Shown: positions 1-8,803 of the stretch, piece by piece
Numbering within the stretch: the first letter of the stretch is position 1
Layout: every line of letters begins with the position of its first letter
NCBI GenBank assembly: GCA_036273495.1
Contig: DASUHN010000370.1
Span: 1-33,906 of the forward strand
Direction of reading: 5' to 3'
From: Acidimicrobiales bacterium
GTDB lineage: Bacteria; Actinomycetota; Acidimicrobiia; Acidimicrobiales; JAJPHE01
Length of the DNA: 33,906 nucleotides
The notes under the pieces: model-generated
Databases searched by the model: none
The model's input: only the letters and a program-made list of their open reading frames with translations
Told to the model about the DNA's origin: nothing
Program-made: the position numbers and the translations under genes

Positions 1-258
1 CGCCCGCTCGACCCGACCGGGAGCGCCATGTGGTCGGCGGCCCTGGCCCACCTGTCCCGGCAGCAGGTCGCGCTGTTTCTCCTCACCTCCCCGGAGCACG
101 AGATCCAGCTGGTGTCGAACTGGTACGAGCGCTTCCTCCACCGGGGGGCCGACCTGGCCAGCCTGCTTGCCTGGGGCAACCTCATGAGCCACGGGACCAG
201 CGACGAAGTCGTGATCTCGGGGATCGTCGGCTCGGCCGAGTACTTCTCACACGTGTAG
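1..258 (+). CDS. C-terminal fragment of a protein entering from upstream; tentatively a DUF4214-like repeat
   Basis: Frame 1 is open from base 1 to TAG at 256-258. The translation ...LVSNWYERFLHRGADLASLLAWGNLMSHGTSDEVVISGIVGSAEYF is protein-like and fits the Y..L.R.AD...L..W......G.S.E.V...I..S.EYF pattern. The family call is tentative. Confidence 0.5.
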   Translation, partial: RPLDPTGSAMWSAALAHLSRQQVALFLLTSPEHEIQLVSNWYERFLHRGADLASLLAWGNLMSHGTSDEVVISGIVGSAEYFSHV

Positions 259-263
259 GCCCT

Positions 264-305
264 GGCACCGGGCCCTAGGGACGGTAGGTCCCGAGGCCCG
301 GTGCC
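264..305. terminator. GC-rich hairpin between convergent genes; candidate bidirectional terminator
   Basis: Perfect 11-bp inverted repeat GGCACCGGGCC (264-274) / GGCCCGGTGCC (295-305), with inner GGGAC (278-282) / GTCCC (288-292) pairing. It lies between stops at 258 (+) and 382 (-). There is no U-tract. Confidence 0.35.
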
Positions 306-381
306 TGGCCACGTGACCTGAGCACTCACTCGGGGCTGGCGACCGCCCGCTCCGGTGTCGGAGCCCGGTGGTCATCCGGCC

Positions 382-1233
382 TCAGATGAGGGCGGCCAGG
401 GTCGAGAAGATCTCGCCGCTCCGGTCGAGGGTCGCCAGGTGGCCTCCGCCCTCGATCTCGTGCAGATCGGCACCGGGGATGGCAGCGGCCAGCAGCCGGG
501 CGTGGGCGGCGGGCACGTTCCGGTCGGCGTCGCCCTGCCAGAGGTGGACGGGGACCCTGATCTCCTCCAGCCGGAACCCCCAGTCTCTCGAGAACACCTG
601 GAAGTCCTGGGCCGATGCCTTGGCACTGGTAGCCGCCGCCCGCCGGGCCTCCTGGAGGAACATGTGGCGCACCTCTGGGCGACTGACGATCTCGGCGTCG
701 GGGCCGGGCATCTGCTTGGTCATCATCCGCAATGTCGACTCGGGCCAACGCCGTTGTACACGCGTCATCAGCCCGAAGACGGCTTCGAGCGGCCAGGTGG
801 ACCGCCGGCCCATCTTGGTGATGAGTACGTTGGCCCGCATCATCCCTTCCTCCGCTCCGGGTGCGGCCAGTGGGCTCACGCCGCTCAGCACCCCGGCCAC
901 AGCCACCCGATCGGGCATGAGGGCAGCGCACGCCAGGGAGTGTGGCCCTCCTCCGGAGATGCCGACGACCCCGAATCGCTCGATCCCGAGGTGATCGGCC
1001 AACTCCCGGACGTCGTCCGGCCACTCCGCCAACGTACGGCCCGGCTTGTAGGTGCTGTGGCCGTATCCCGGGCGGTCGACCGAGATCAGCCTGACCCCCG
1101 CCATCCGCACCGGCTGCTCGTCGACGACGAGCTGGAACCGGCTTCCGGGCGTTCCGTGGAATCCGAGGACGGGCTTGCCCGCTGGATCGCCCAACTCGAG
1201 CCACGCCAGCTCGCGCCCGTCGGACAGGTCCAT
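382..1233 (-). CDS. alpha/beta hydrolase
   Basis: ATG at 1233 gives MDLSDGRELAWLELGDPAGKPVLGFHGTPGSRF. The nucleophile elbow GISGGG (GxSxG) and a C-terminal GGGH are present. The open frame continues upstream to 1698, so an N-terminal extension or fusion cannot be excluded. Confidence 0.85.
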   Translation of the reverse strand: MDLSDGRELAWLELGDPAGKPVLGFHGTPGSRFQLVVDEQPVRMAGVRLISVDRPGYGHSTYKPGRTLAEWPDDVRELADHLGIERFGVVGISGGGPHSLACAALMPDRVAVAGVLSGVSPLAAPGAEEGMMRANVLITKMGRRSTWPLEAVFGLMTRVQRRWPESTLRMMTKQMPGPDAEIVSRPEVRHMFLQEARRAAATSAKASAQDFQVFSRDWGFRLEEIRVPVHLWQGDADRNVPAAHARLLAAAIPGADLHEIEGGGHLATLDRSGEIFSTLAALI

Positions 1234-1297
1234 GACCCTGGTGTCCTGCACGACGCCCGAACCTACTCCGGTCGCCTGCCTCGTAGACCGGTGACGC

Positions 1298-1681
1298 TCA
1301 CGACCGGGCCCGGGCGCTGGCGTGGTCGGGATAGCCCGGACGTCGACGATCTGGGCGTCGTCGACCGTGAAGACCTGGTAGATGTGCTGCGGGGCCGCTG
1401 GGCGGGCACCCTCGGCTCGCAACGACACCGAGAGCTCGAGCACCACGGAGTCGTCGTCGACCTCCACACTCTGCACCGTGGGCATGGTCCCGTCCGCGAG
1501 CAACCCGCGGTACGACCAGCTGGGCGGCGGCCAATCCGATCCGATCCAGGCGTGGCGACGGGTGATGCCGGGCGAAGCGCTCGGCCGCCTCCGGGCCACC
1601 CCGGCGGGCCGCATCCCGCAGCTCCTTGGCCTGGCGGCGCAGCTGGCCCAGGTCGGGCCGTTCGGGAAGCGAAGTGGACAT
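1298..1681 (-). pseudogene. frame-disrupted gene of unknown function; the N-terminal part and the continuation lie in different frames
   Basis: ATG at 1681 is preceded by GGGAGGGA. High-GC3 coding MSTSLPERPDLGQLRRQAKELRDAARRGGPEAAERFARHHPSPRLDRIGLAAAQLV runs to about 1515 and then becomes Arg-rich noise. The +1 frame carries good coding from about 1515 to about 1300: YRGLLADGTMPTVQSVEVDDDSVVLELSVSLRAEGARPAAPQHIYQVFTVDDAQIVDVRAIP. Confidence 0.5.
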
Positions 1682-1900
1682 CGGCGTCTCCCTCCCACGG
1701 CTCCGGTCCGCAGATCAGGCCGAGGAAGAGGCCACAGCCTTCCGACCTGGTGCTCGGAGGTGGACTCCGTCCTTCCCGCGGACCCGGTGGCGCCCGTGCG
1801 AGTCGGCGCCGACGACGAACACTTCCGCCAGGGTCGAGGTCATGCGCACCACCTGAAATCGGAGGGGATGGGAGCCGGCGTCACCGGGATCAACTGCCGA

Positions 1901-3079
1901 TCACAGCCGGTACAGCTTGGCGGCGTTGTCTCCCATGATCTTCCGGGCGCTCGACGGTCGCAGCGTTGCCATCTTCTCCGCCACGTAGCCGAGCGGGTCG
2001 GGATACAGGCAGGTGGGGTGGGGGAAGTCCGTCTCGAAGAGGATGTTGTCCTCCCCCACCTTGTCCACCAGGCCCTGGACGTCCCCCTGGGCCCGCTCGA
2101 ACCAGAAGGTGGCGTACCAGTGCTCCGCGAAGTACTCCGAGGGCTTGCGCTTGAGCTGGCGGAACTGCTCCGGAGCGTTCTCCTCCAACTCGTAGTCCAT
2201 GGTCTCGAGGATGAACGGCACCCAGCCGATCCCACTCTCGACCGACACCAGCTTGAGCCCGGGATGACGGTCCAGTAGGCCACTGAAGATGATGTTGATC
2301 ACGACCCGGGCGTTGTTGATGAACAGCATCGATCCGCCCACAGCCGGCTTCACGTACTCGTGCTGGGACTCCCAGAAGTAGTTGCCGTAGAACGTCATGG
2401 CCGTATGGCTGGCCCCGATATGGAAGTGCACGGGCAGATGGAGGGCATCGCAGGCCTGCCAGAAGGGGTCCCACGCCGGGTTGGCCAGATCGGGTGCCCC
2501 CAGGTCCTGGGGATCGGAGGTCATGTTGACGCCGCGCATCCCCAACCCGGCCACCCGCTCGGCTTCCTTCACGCACGCGCCCACGTCCCACGCCGGCATG
2601 ACGGGCATCGGCAGAAAACGGTTCCCGGACTCCGCCTGCATGTCGGCCATGGCGTCGTTGTAGATCTCGATGCACATCTGGCGCAGGACCGGGTCAATGA
2701 CGCCGCTCGAGAGGTCCTGGCCGCCGAGCCCGATGGTGTTGGGGAAGATCACCTGGGCGTGGATGCCGCACTGATCCATCACCTCGAGGCGGTCCTTGGC
2801 GTTCCAAGCACCCGGGTGGACCAGCTCGATGGGCCATTCGAGCGACTCGACGAACGGGGACTTTCCACCCTCCGGGTCCACGACGCCGCCGCCGCCTGCG
2901 AACTTGAGCACGGTCCCGTCGACCACCCAGTTCGGCTGTCCGTCGACCTGCTCGACATGGGGCACGCGGTCCTTGTAGGCGGCGGGAGCGCGGCTGGTCC
3001 ACAGGTCGTGCCGCTCGGTCATGTGGGTATCGGCGTCGACCACCCGCACGTCTTCCAGCCAGGTCGCCCTCGTAGCCAT
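1901..3079 (-). CDS. amidohydrolase family protein (amidohydrolase_2 / ACMSD-like)
   Basis: MATRATWLEDVRVVDADTHMTERHDLW... with the metal-binding D-x-H at the N-terminus, and a full-length TIM-barrel amidohydrolase-like sequence ending FETDFPHPTC...AAKLYRL. ATG at 3079 is preferred over the upstream start at 3109. Confidence 0.88.
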   Translation of the reverse strand: MATRATWLEDVRVVDADTHMTERHDLWTSRAPAAYKDRVPHVEQVDGQPNWVVDGTVLKFAGGGGVVDPEGGKSPFVESLEWPIELVHPGAWNAKDRLEVMDQCGIHAQVIFPNTIGLGGQDLSSGVIDPVLRQMCIEIYNDAMADMQAESGNRFLPMPVMPAWDVGACVKEAERVAGLGMRGVNMTSDPQDLGAPDLANPAWDPFWQACDALHLPVHFHIGASHTAMTFYGNYFWESQHEYVKPAVGGSMLFINNARVVINIIFSGLLDRHPGLKLVSVESGIGWVPFILETMDYELEENAPEQFRQLKRKPSEYFAEHWYATFWFERAQGDVQGLVDKVGEDNILFETDFPHPTCLYPDPLGYVAEKMATLRPSSARKIMGDNAAKLYRL

Positions 3080-3183
3080 GCCGGCACCCCTCCCTGCCCC
3101 GCGGTCCACCCTGTGTCGGGCCAGCGTAGCCAGCCGGGGCTCGGGACGGCCTGGGTAACCTCCCGCCGCAGCAAGGGGGGAAG

Positions 3184-4746
3184 ATGCAACTGCGCCTGCC
3201 GGCGTCGAATCAGAACGTGGCCGCGGTGTTCGGCGCCCTCCTGCTCGCGCAGATCCTGTCGGGGCTCGACACGATCATCCTGGTGACCGCCCTGCCCACG
3301 ATCGTCGGGGACCTGGGAGGCCTCAAGGACCTGTCCTGGGTGATCACCATCTACCTGCTCACGTCGACGGCTGTGGCCCCGTTGGCCGGGAAGCTGTCCG
3401 ACATGATGGGCCGCAAGGCCCTCTTCCAGCTCTCGCTGGTCGTGTTCCTGGTCGGCTCCGCCCTCTCCGGTCAGTCCCGGTCGCTGCTGGAGCTGATCCT
3501 GTTCCGGGGCATCCAGGGGATCGGCGGAGGGGGCCTGGGGGTGCTGGGCCGGACCATCGTGGCCGACATCGTTCCGGGGCGGCAGTTGGGGCGGCTCCAG
3601 GGGATCCTGACGTCGAGCTTCGCCATCTCGAGTGTGGCCGGACCGCTGGTCGGCGGCCTGCTGGTGGACCACGCCTCCTGGCGTTGGATCTTCTACATCA
3701 ACATGCCTATCGGCATTCTGGCCCTGGTGGTGGTCGGCGTGACCCTGGACCTCCCCCGCAACCCGCGGCGAGTCCAGGTCGACTACGCCGGCTCGGTGCT
3801 GATGACGGCGTCGATGTCCTGTCTGCTCCTGGCCACCACGTGGGCGGGGATCCGCTTCGGGTGGGGGTCGGCTCCGATCGTCGGCTTGCTGGCCGGGGGG
3901 TGCGCCCTGGCGGCCGCCTTCGTCCTGGTCGAGGCCCGCACCGGAGAAGCCGTCCTGCCGGTGCACCTGTTCAGGAACCGGGTCTTCGCGGTGGCCTCGG
4001 CGTCCGGGTTGGTCCTCGGGATGGCCATGTTCGGGCCGTGGACCGTCATGCCGATCTTCCTCCAGGTGGTCACGGGGGCAAGCGCCACCAACTCGGGAGT
4101 GCTCCTACTGCCCCTCCTGATCTCGTTCACCGTCTCGTCGGTGGCCACCGGTTTTCTGATCACCCGGTACGGCCGTTACCGCGTGTTCCCCATTGCCGGC
4201 ACCGCCCTGATGGTCGTCGGGCTCACGCTGTACACGCGGATGGGGATCTCGACCTCCCGGTTGGAGGCGTCCGTCTACATGCTGGTGGTAGGCGTCGGGA
4301 TCGGGCTCATGCTCGAGGTCCTGACGATCGCCGTTCAGAACTCCATCCACCCTCGGGACCTCGGGGCCGCCACCGCCGGAGTCGGGCTGTTCAACTCGCT
4401 CGGCGGGGCGTTCGGTACGGCGGTCTACCTGTCGATCCTCAACGGGGCCATGGCCCACTGGCTTCCCCGGCTCGTCCCCCGGTCGGTCCACCTGGCCGCG
4501 GGAGTGCTCCAGGGCAGCCCCACGGGGATCCGGGCCCTGGCCCCGGGCGTGCGCCACGGGGTGGTCGAGGCCTTTGCCCGGTCCCTCCACACCGTGTTCG
4601 TCTGGGTGGTTCCGCTGGGAGTGGTGGGCCTGTTGATGGTGATCTTCCTCCCTGAGGTCCCGCTCCGGGAGCAGTCCGCCTCGGAGCTGCTGGCGGCGGA
4701 GGGGGCCGGGATCGACGGTCTGCATCCCGACACGAGATCGGCCTGA
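3184..4746 (+). CDS. MFS transporter, DHA2 (EmrB/QacA-like, 14-TMS) drug/H+ antiporter family
   Basis: LDTIILVTALPTIVGDLGG and motif A GKLSDMMGRK are present. The protein is 520 aa and multi-TM. SD AAGGGGGG lies just upstream of ATG 3184. Confidence 0.9.
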   Translation: MQLRLPASNQNVAAVFGALLLAQILSGLDTIILVTALPTIVGDLGGLKDLSWVITIYLLTSTAVAPLAGKLSDMMGRKALFQLSLVVFLVGSALSGQSRSLLELILFRGIQGIGGGGLGVLGRTIVADIVPGRQLGRLQGILTSSFAISSVAGPLVGGLLVDHASWRWIFYINMPIGILALVVVGVTLDLPRNPRRVQVDYAGSVLMTASMSCLLLATTWAGIRFGWGSAPIVGLLAGGCALAAAFVLVEARTGEAVLPVHLFRNRVFAVASASGLVLGMAMFGPWTVMPIFLQVVTGASATNSGVLLLPLLISFTVSSVATGFLITRYGRYRVFPIAGTALMVVGLTLYTRMGISTSRLEASVYMLVVGVGIGLMLEVLTIAVQNSIHPRDLGAATAGVGLFNSLGGAFGTAVYLSILNGAMAHWLPRLVPRSVHLAAGVLQGSPTGIRALAPGVRHGVVEAFARSLHTVFVWVVPLGVVGLLMVIFLPEVPLREQSASELLAAEGAGIDGLHPDTRSA

Positions 4747-4765
4747 TCGGGCCGGGCGGCGGGGA

Positions 4766-5623
4766 TCAGCCGGGAACGGCGCGGTCCGCCCACTCCAGCA
4801 GCTGAGGTACCAGGAGGGGCCAGCGGATGAACAGCGAATCCCCCGACGCTCCTCGCTCGTTCCATTCGTTGTCCCCCCAGGGGGGTTCGACCAGCTGGGC
4901 CGTCGGTACGGCGGCGGCTACCGCCTCGGAGGTGGCCCGCGTGTGGTGGACGTCGGTGGTGCCACTGCGGAACACCAGAGTCGGTACCGCGATCCCACCG
5001 GCGGCCGACTTGGCCAGGCCCGGAACCACCTCGTCCGGGCGGGGGTAGTAGACGAGCATCCACCGTTCCAGCGTGGCGATGAACTCTCGTGGATCCTGCT
5101 CCAGAAGACGCTGGCGGTTGCCCGGATTGCGCTCGATGACCTCCTGCCACTCGGGCAGGTCCACGACCGCCTCCATCCCCTTCTGCCAGGCCGTGGCGAT
5201 CGAGTTCCCGCAGTAGTGGACTCCCAGGCTCATCAGCCCGAAGGGCCCACCGCTGATCCACCACACCGCCAGTCCGCTCGCCACCTCGGGATGGCGGGCC
5301 CCGGCCAGGAGCGACACTCGGGAACCACCCGACCCCCCGATCACCACCGCCGGGGCCAGGCCCAGCTGGCGCAGCAGGCCGGCCAGGGCGTCGGCCTGGA
5401 CATCGGACTCCGAGGCCCCCGTGACGCAGATGTCGGAGGCGCCACAGTTGGGCCGGTCCCAGATGACCACCTGCCTGCCGTGCTCCGCCAGGGCCTGGGC
5501 CATCTCCCGCACCCCGGGGTAGTCCTTGCTGAACCGGCCCCCAGGCGTGATCACCCAGGGCTGCCCGGCGTCGCCGATCACCTCGTAGGCGATGGAAAGG
5601 CCGTCCACCCGTGCCACCGGCAT
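4766..5623 (-). CDS. alpha/beta hydrolase
   Basis: Nucleophile elbow VIGGSGGS. A perfect SD AAGGAGG lies 5 nt upstream of ATG 5623 and overlaps the TAA stop of the upstream dehydrogenase, giving an operon arrangement. Confidence 0.85.
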   Translation of the reverse strand: MPVARVDGLSIAYEVIGDAGQPWVITPGGRFSKDYPGVREMAQALAEHGRQVVIWDRPNCGASDICVTGASESDVQADALAGLLRQLGLAPAVVIGGSGGSRVSLLAGARHPEVASGLAVWWISGGPFGLMSLGVHYCGNSIATAWQKGMEAVVDLPEWQEVIERNPGNRQRLLEQDPREFIATLERWMLVYYPRPDEVVPGLAKSAAGGIAVPTLVFRSGTTDVHHTRATSEAVAAAVPTAQLVEPPWGDNEWNERGASGDSLFIRWPLLVPQLLEWADRAVPG

Positions 5624-5633
5624 GCCTACCTCC

Positions 5634-7115
5634 TTACCGAGTCTGGGGAAATCCGAGATCGATGGCGCTGGTCGACGGATCGGGCCAGCGCGACGTCACA
5701 ACCTTGGGCCGGGTGTAGAAACGCACGCCTTCGGGGCCGTACATGCTGATGTCACCGAAGAGTGACGCCTTCCACCCCCCGAAGGAGTGGAAGCCGACCG
5801 GGACCGGGATGGGGACGTTGATCCCGACCATCCCGACCTCGACGTCGACCTCGAACCGCCGGGCCACGCCTCCATCGCGGGTGAACAGGGCCACCCCGTT
5901 GCCATACGGGTTGGAGTTCACGAGGGACACCGCCTCGTCGTACGTGCCCACCCGGACGACGCCGAGCACCGGCCCGAAGACCTCGTCGTCGTAGACCTTC
6001 ATGCCCGGCCTCACCTCGTCCAGTAGGGAGCACCCGAGGAAGAACCCGTCGGCCCGCCCCTGGCGCCCGTCCACCACTATGCGGGCGCCCTCGGACTCCG
6101 CCCCGTCAACGTACGACCGCACCCGCTCGCGGTGCTCACCGCTGATGAGCGGACCCATCTGCGAGTCCGGATCGGTGCCCGGCCCGACCACCACCGAGGG
6201 GATGCGCGAAGCGATGGCCTCGACGAGAGGGTCGGCAGCCGCCCCGACCGCGACCACGGCGGAGATCGCCATGCAGCGTTCCCCCGCCGATCCGTAGCCG
6301 GCGGAGACGGCGGCGTCGGCGGCCGCGTCGATGTCGGCATCGGGCAGCACGACCATGTGGTTCTTGGCTCCTCCGAGGGCCTGGACGCGCTTCCCGTGCC
6401 GGGTGGCCGTCTCGTAGATGTGGCGGGCCACGGGTGTGCTGCCGACGAACGACACCGCCGCGATCCCCGGGTCCGCCAGTATCGCCTCGACCGCCTCCCG
6501 GTCGCCCTGCACGACGTTGAAGACCCCATCGGGGATGCCGGCCTCCTGGACGAGCTCGGCCAGCCGCACGGACGCTGACGGATCCTTCTCCGACGGCTTG
6601 AGGATGAAGCTGTTGCCACAGGCGATGGCGTTGGCCGCCATCCACAGCGGAACCATGACCGGGAAGTTGAACGGCGTGATACCGGCCACCACACCCAAGG
6701 GCTGAAGGACCGTATGCACGTCGACGCCCGTCGATACCTCACTCGAGTGACCGCCCTTCAACAGGTGGGGGATGCCGCAGGCGAACTCGACATTCTCGAG
6801 ACCCCGGGCCACCTCTCCCGCGGCGTCGCTCAGAACCTTCCCGTGCTCGGCAGTGACCAGCGCCGCCAGCTCGCTCCGGTTGGCGTCGAGCAGCTCGCGC
6901 AGCCGGAACATGGCCGCCGCCCGGGCTGTCAGAGGCACGGCGCGCCACTCGACGGCCGCCGCCGCCGCCGTTGCCACCGCGGCACCCACCTCGCGGGCGG
7001 AGGCGAAGCGGACCTCGGCCGCCTTTACCCCCGCGGCCGGGTCGTAGACCGGACCGGAGCGACCCGAGCCGCCCGGGACCTCCTTGCCGCCGATCCAGTG
7101 GTTGATGGTCTTCAT
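5634..7115 (-). CDS. mmsA: CoA-acylating methylmalonate-semialdehyde dehydrogenase
   Basis: MKTINHWIGGKEV..., ITPFNFPVMVPLWMAANAIACGNSFILKPSEKDPS, ALGGAKNH and the catalytic GERCMA are present; 493 aa. The 730-aa ORF in the track is an upstream run-on of low-quality sequence. Confidence 0.9.
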   Translation of the reverse strand: MKTINHWIGGKEVPGGSGRSGPVYDPAAGVKAAEVRFASAREVGAAVATAAAAAVEWRAVPLTARAAAMFRLRELLDANRSELAALVTAEHGKVLSDAAGEVARGLENVEFACGIPHLLKGGHSSEVSTGVDVHTVLQPLGVVAGITPFNFPVMVPLWMAANAIACGNSFILKPSEKDPSASVRLAELVQEAGIPDGVFNVVQGDREAVEAILADPGIAAVSFVGSTPVARHIYETATRHGKRVQALGGAKNHMVVLPDADIDAAADAAVSAGYGSAGERCMAISAVVAVGAAADPLVEAIASRIPSVVVGPGTDPDSQMGPLISGEHRERVRSYVDGAESEGARIVVDGRQGRADGFFLGCSLLDEVRPGMKVYDDEVFGPVLGVVRVGTYDEAVSLVNSNPYGNGVALFTRDGGVARRFEVDVEVGMVGINVPIPVPVGFHSFGGWKASLFGDISMYGPEGVRFYTRPKVVTSRWPDPSTSAIDLGFPQTR

Positions 7116-7190
7116 GGGCGTCGATCCTGCCAAACGGACGGCCTCCGGGTCGGCCCGGCACCGGGCGGCGCACGGGTACGGTCCCCCGGT

Positions 7191-8075
7191 ATGCGCCTGG
7201 GGGTGGTGATCCTGCCGGAGCAGCCGTGGGAGCAGGCGGCGGAGCTGTGGCGGGCGGCGGAGGAGATGGGTTTCTCGCACGCCTGGACCTACGACCACCT
7301 GGCGTGGGCGGGGCTGCGCGACGAGCCCTGGTTCGGCGCCGTACCGGTGCTGACCGCCGCCGCCACGGTCACCTCCCGGATCCGATTGGGTCCTCTGGTC
7401 GCCTCGCCGAACTTCCGCCATCCGGTGTCGTTGGCCCGGGAGGTCCTCGCCGTCGACGACATCTCCGCCGGACGCCTCACCCTGGGCATCGGGGCGGGTG
7501 GGCTGGGATGGGACGCCGCCATCCTCGGCGGTCCGGCCTGGAATCTCGACGAGCGCCTCTCGCGATTCGAGGAGTTCGTGACCCTGCTCGACCGCGTCCT
7601 CGTCGAGCGGGAGACCAGCTTCCAGGGCCGTTACTACCGGGTCGAGGAGGCCCGGTCGTACCCCGGGTGCCGGCAACGCCCCCGCGTCCCCTTCGCCCTG
7701 GCGGGCACCGGCCCCCGGGGCATGCGCACCGTCGCCCGCTTCGGCCAGGCCTGGGTGACCACCGGACCCCGGGGAGTCGACCGCCCCCTCGGCGCGACCG
7801 CCGGCGCCCGGGTGGTCGGAGAGCAACTGGCTCTCCTCGCCTCGGCCTGCGAGGAGGTCGGCCGGCCGGAGGGGGTGCCGGAGAGGGTGGTCCTGGCCGG
7901 CCCCGGGCTGGATCAGGGCCTGGCGTCACCCCAGCAGCTGACCGACACCCTGGGCACCTACGCCGCCGTCGGCGTCACCGACTTCGTCGTCCACTGGCCC
8001 CGCTCCTCTGAGCCCTACCGCGGCGACCGAGACCACTTCGAGAGGGTGATCAGCTCCGTTTCCTCCGGGAGCTGA
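7191..8075 (+). CDS. LLM-class flavin/F420-dependent oxidoreductase
   Basis: MRLGVVILPEQPWEQAAELWRAAEEMGFSHAWTYDHL...RLTLGIGAGG... is typical of the luciferase-like monooxygenase family. ATG at 7191 lies inside a longer spurious ORF. Confidence 0.85.
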   Translation: MRLGVVILPEQPWEQAAELWRAAEEMGFSHAWTYDHLAWAGLRDEPWFGAVPVLTAAATVTSRIRLGPLVASPNFRHPVSLAREVLAVDDISAGRLTLGIGAGGLGWDAAILGGPAWNLDERLSRFEEFVTLLDRVLVERETSFQGRYYRVEEARSYPGCRQRPRVPFALAGTGPRGMRTVARFGQAWVTTGPRGVDRPLGATAGARVVGEQLALLASACEEVGRPEGVPERVVLAGPGLDQGLASPQQLTDTLGTYAAVGVTDFVVHWPRSSEPYRGDRDHFERVISSVSSGS

Positions 8076-8158
8076 GCCGGCGTCGGCCGGTACCGCACCG
8101 GCGGTGAGGCGGACAACGGAGAGCGAAAAGCCCTCGGGAGCGCAATCTCTTCGTCCGT

Positions 8159-8803
8159 TTGGGTCGTACCGATGGCCACGATGCGAACGGCGAGGCCTCC
8201 ATCTCAGATCGCGCTGTGACGCGGCCGGCCCGAGAGCGTTGGCAAGGTGATGGCCCGGCGCGCCCTGACATCCGGCCTCTGGTCGACGCCGCCCGAGAGG
8301 GGGACGCGGCGGCCTGGGAGGAGCTCTACGTGTGCCTCTATCCGCGCCTTCTCGGGTATGCCCGCCGGGAGCTCGATCATGAGTCGGCCCGGGATGCCGT
8401 CTCCGAGGCGATGGTGCGGGCGGCCACGGCTCTGTCCCGGTTCTCCTGGAGGGGCGCCGGATTCGAGGCATGGGTGTTCCGGATACTGCGGCACGTCCTC
8501 GTCGACGTGCACCGCGGAAGTGGTCGTCAGCGGCGCCTCGAGGCCAGGAGCCACCGCGAGGTCCCGGGGCCGGAGGCGGACGACGCTCTCATCGCCGACG
8601 AGGAGGCGCGCCTGGTCCGCAGCGCCTTCGCCAGTCTGGGCCCGGCGGACCAGGAGCTGCTCCATCTGCGTGTCGTGGCCGGTCTGAGCGCCGAAGAGGT
8701 GGGCCACATCCTCGGCAAGCGCCCGGGGGCCGTGCGCATGGCCCAGTCCCGCTCTCTCGAGCGGCTGCGGGCGGCGCTGGGGGAAGAGGGGCAGTGGGCG
8801 TGA
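8159..8803 (+). CDS. ECF (sigma-70 family group 4) RNA polymerase sigma factor
   Basis: Region 2 (GDAAAWEELY...FEAWVFRILRHVLVDVHR) and the region 4 HTH (LSAEEVGHILGKRPGAVRMAQSRSLERLR) are recognisable. The start is uncertain: TTG at 8159 or GTG at 8216. Confidence 0.85.
   Translation: MGRTDGHDANGEASISDRAVTRPARERWQGDGPARPDIRPLVDAAREGDAAAWEELYVCLYPRLLGYARRELDHESARDAVSEAMVRAATALSRFSWRGAGFEAWVFRILRHVLVDVHRGSGRQRRLEARSHREVPGPEADDALIADEEARLVRSAFASLGPADQELLHLRVVAGLSAEEVGHILGKRPGAVRMAQSRSLERLRAALGEEGQWA

Noticed and set aside
1715-1843. 42-codon minus-strand ORF (MTSTLAEVFVVGADSHGRHRVRGKDG...) with AGGTGG upstream, in the 219-nt gap between the amidohydrolase and the frame-disrupted gene
   Set aside because: It is short, GC3 bias decays in its second half, and it has no recognisable family. 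It could be a gene remnant or a small protein, but the sequence alone does not support calling it.
7116-7826. N-terminal extensions of track ORFs: the 730-aa form of mmsA, the 895-aa form of livG, the 840-aa form of the anchored protein, the 502-aa form of the crotonase, the 453-aa form of the LLM oxidoreductase and the 416-aa form of thiD
   Set aside because: The upstream portions are low-quality sequence that overlaps neighbouring real genes. In each case an internal ATG or GTG with an SD or a stop/start overlap gives a canonical family N-terminus.
8086-8102. Short hairpin GCCGGT-ACCGC-ACCGGC after the LLM oxidoreductase gene as a terminator
   Set aside because: The stem is only 6 bp, several alternative GC pairings are possible in this region, and there is no U-tract. 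This is not enough to call.
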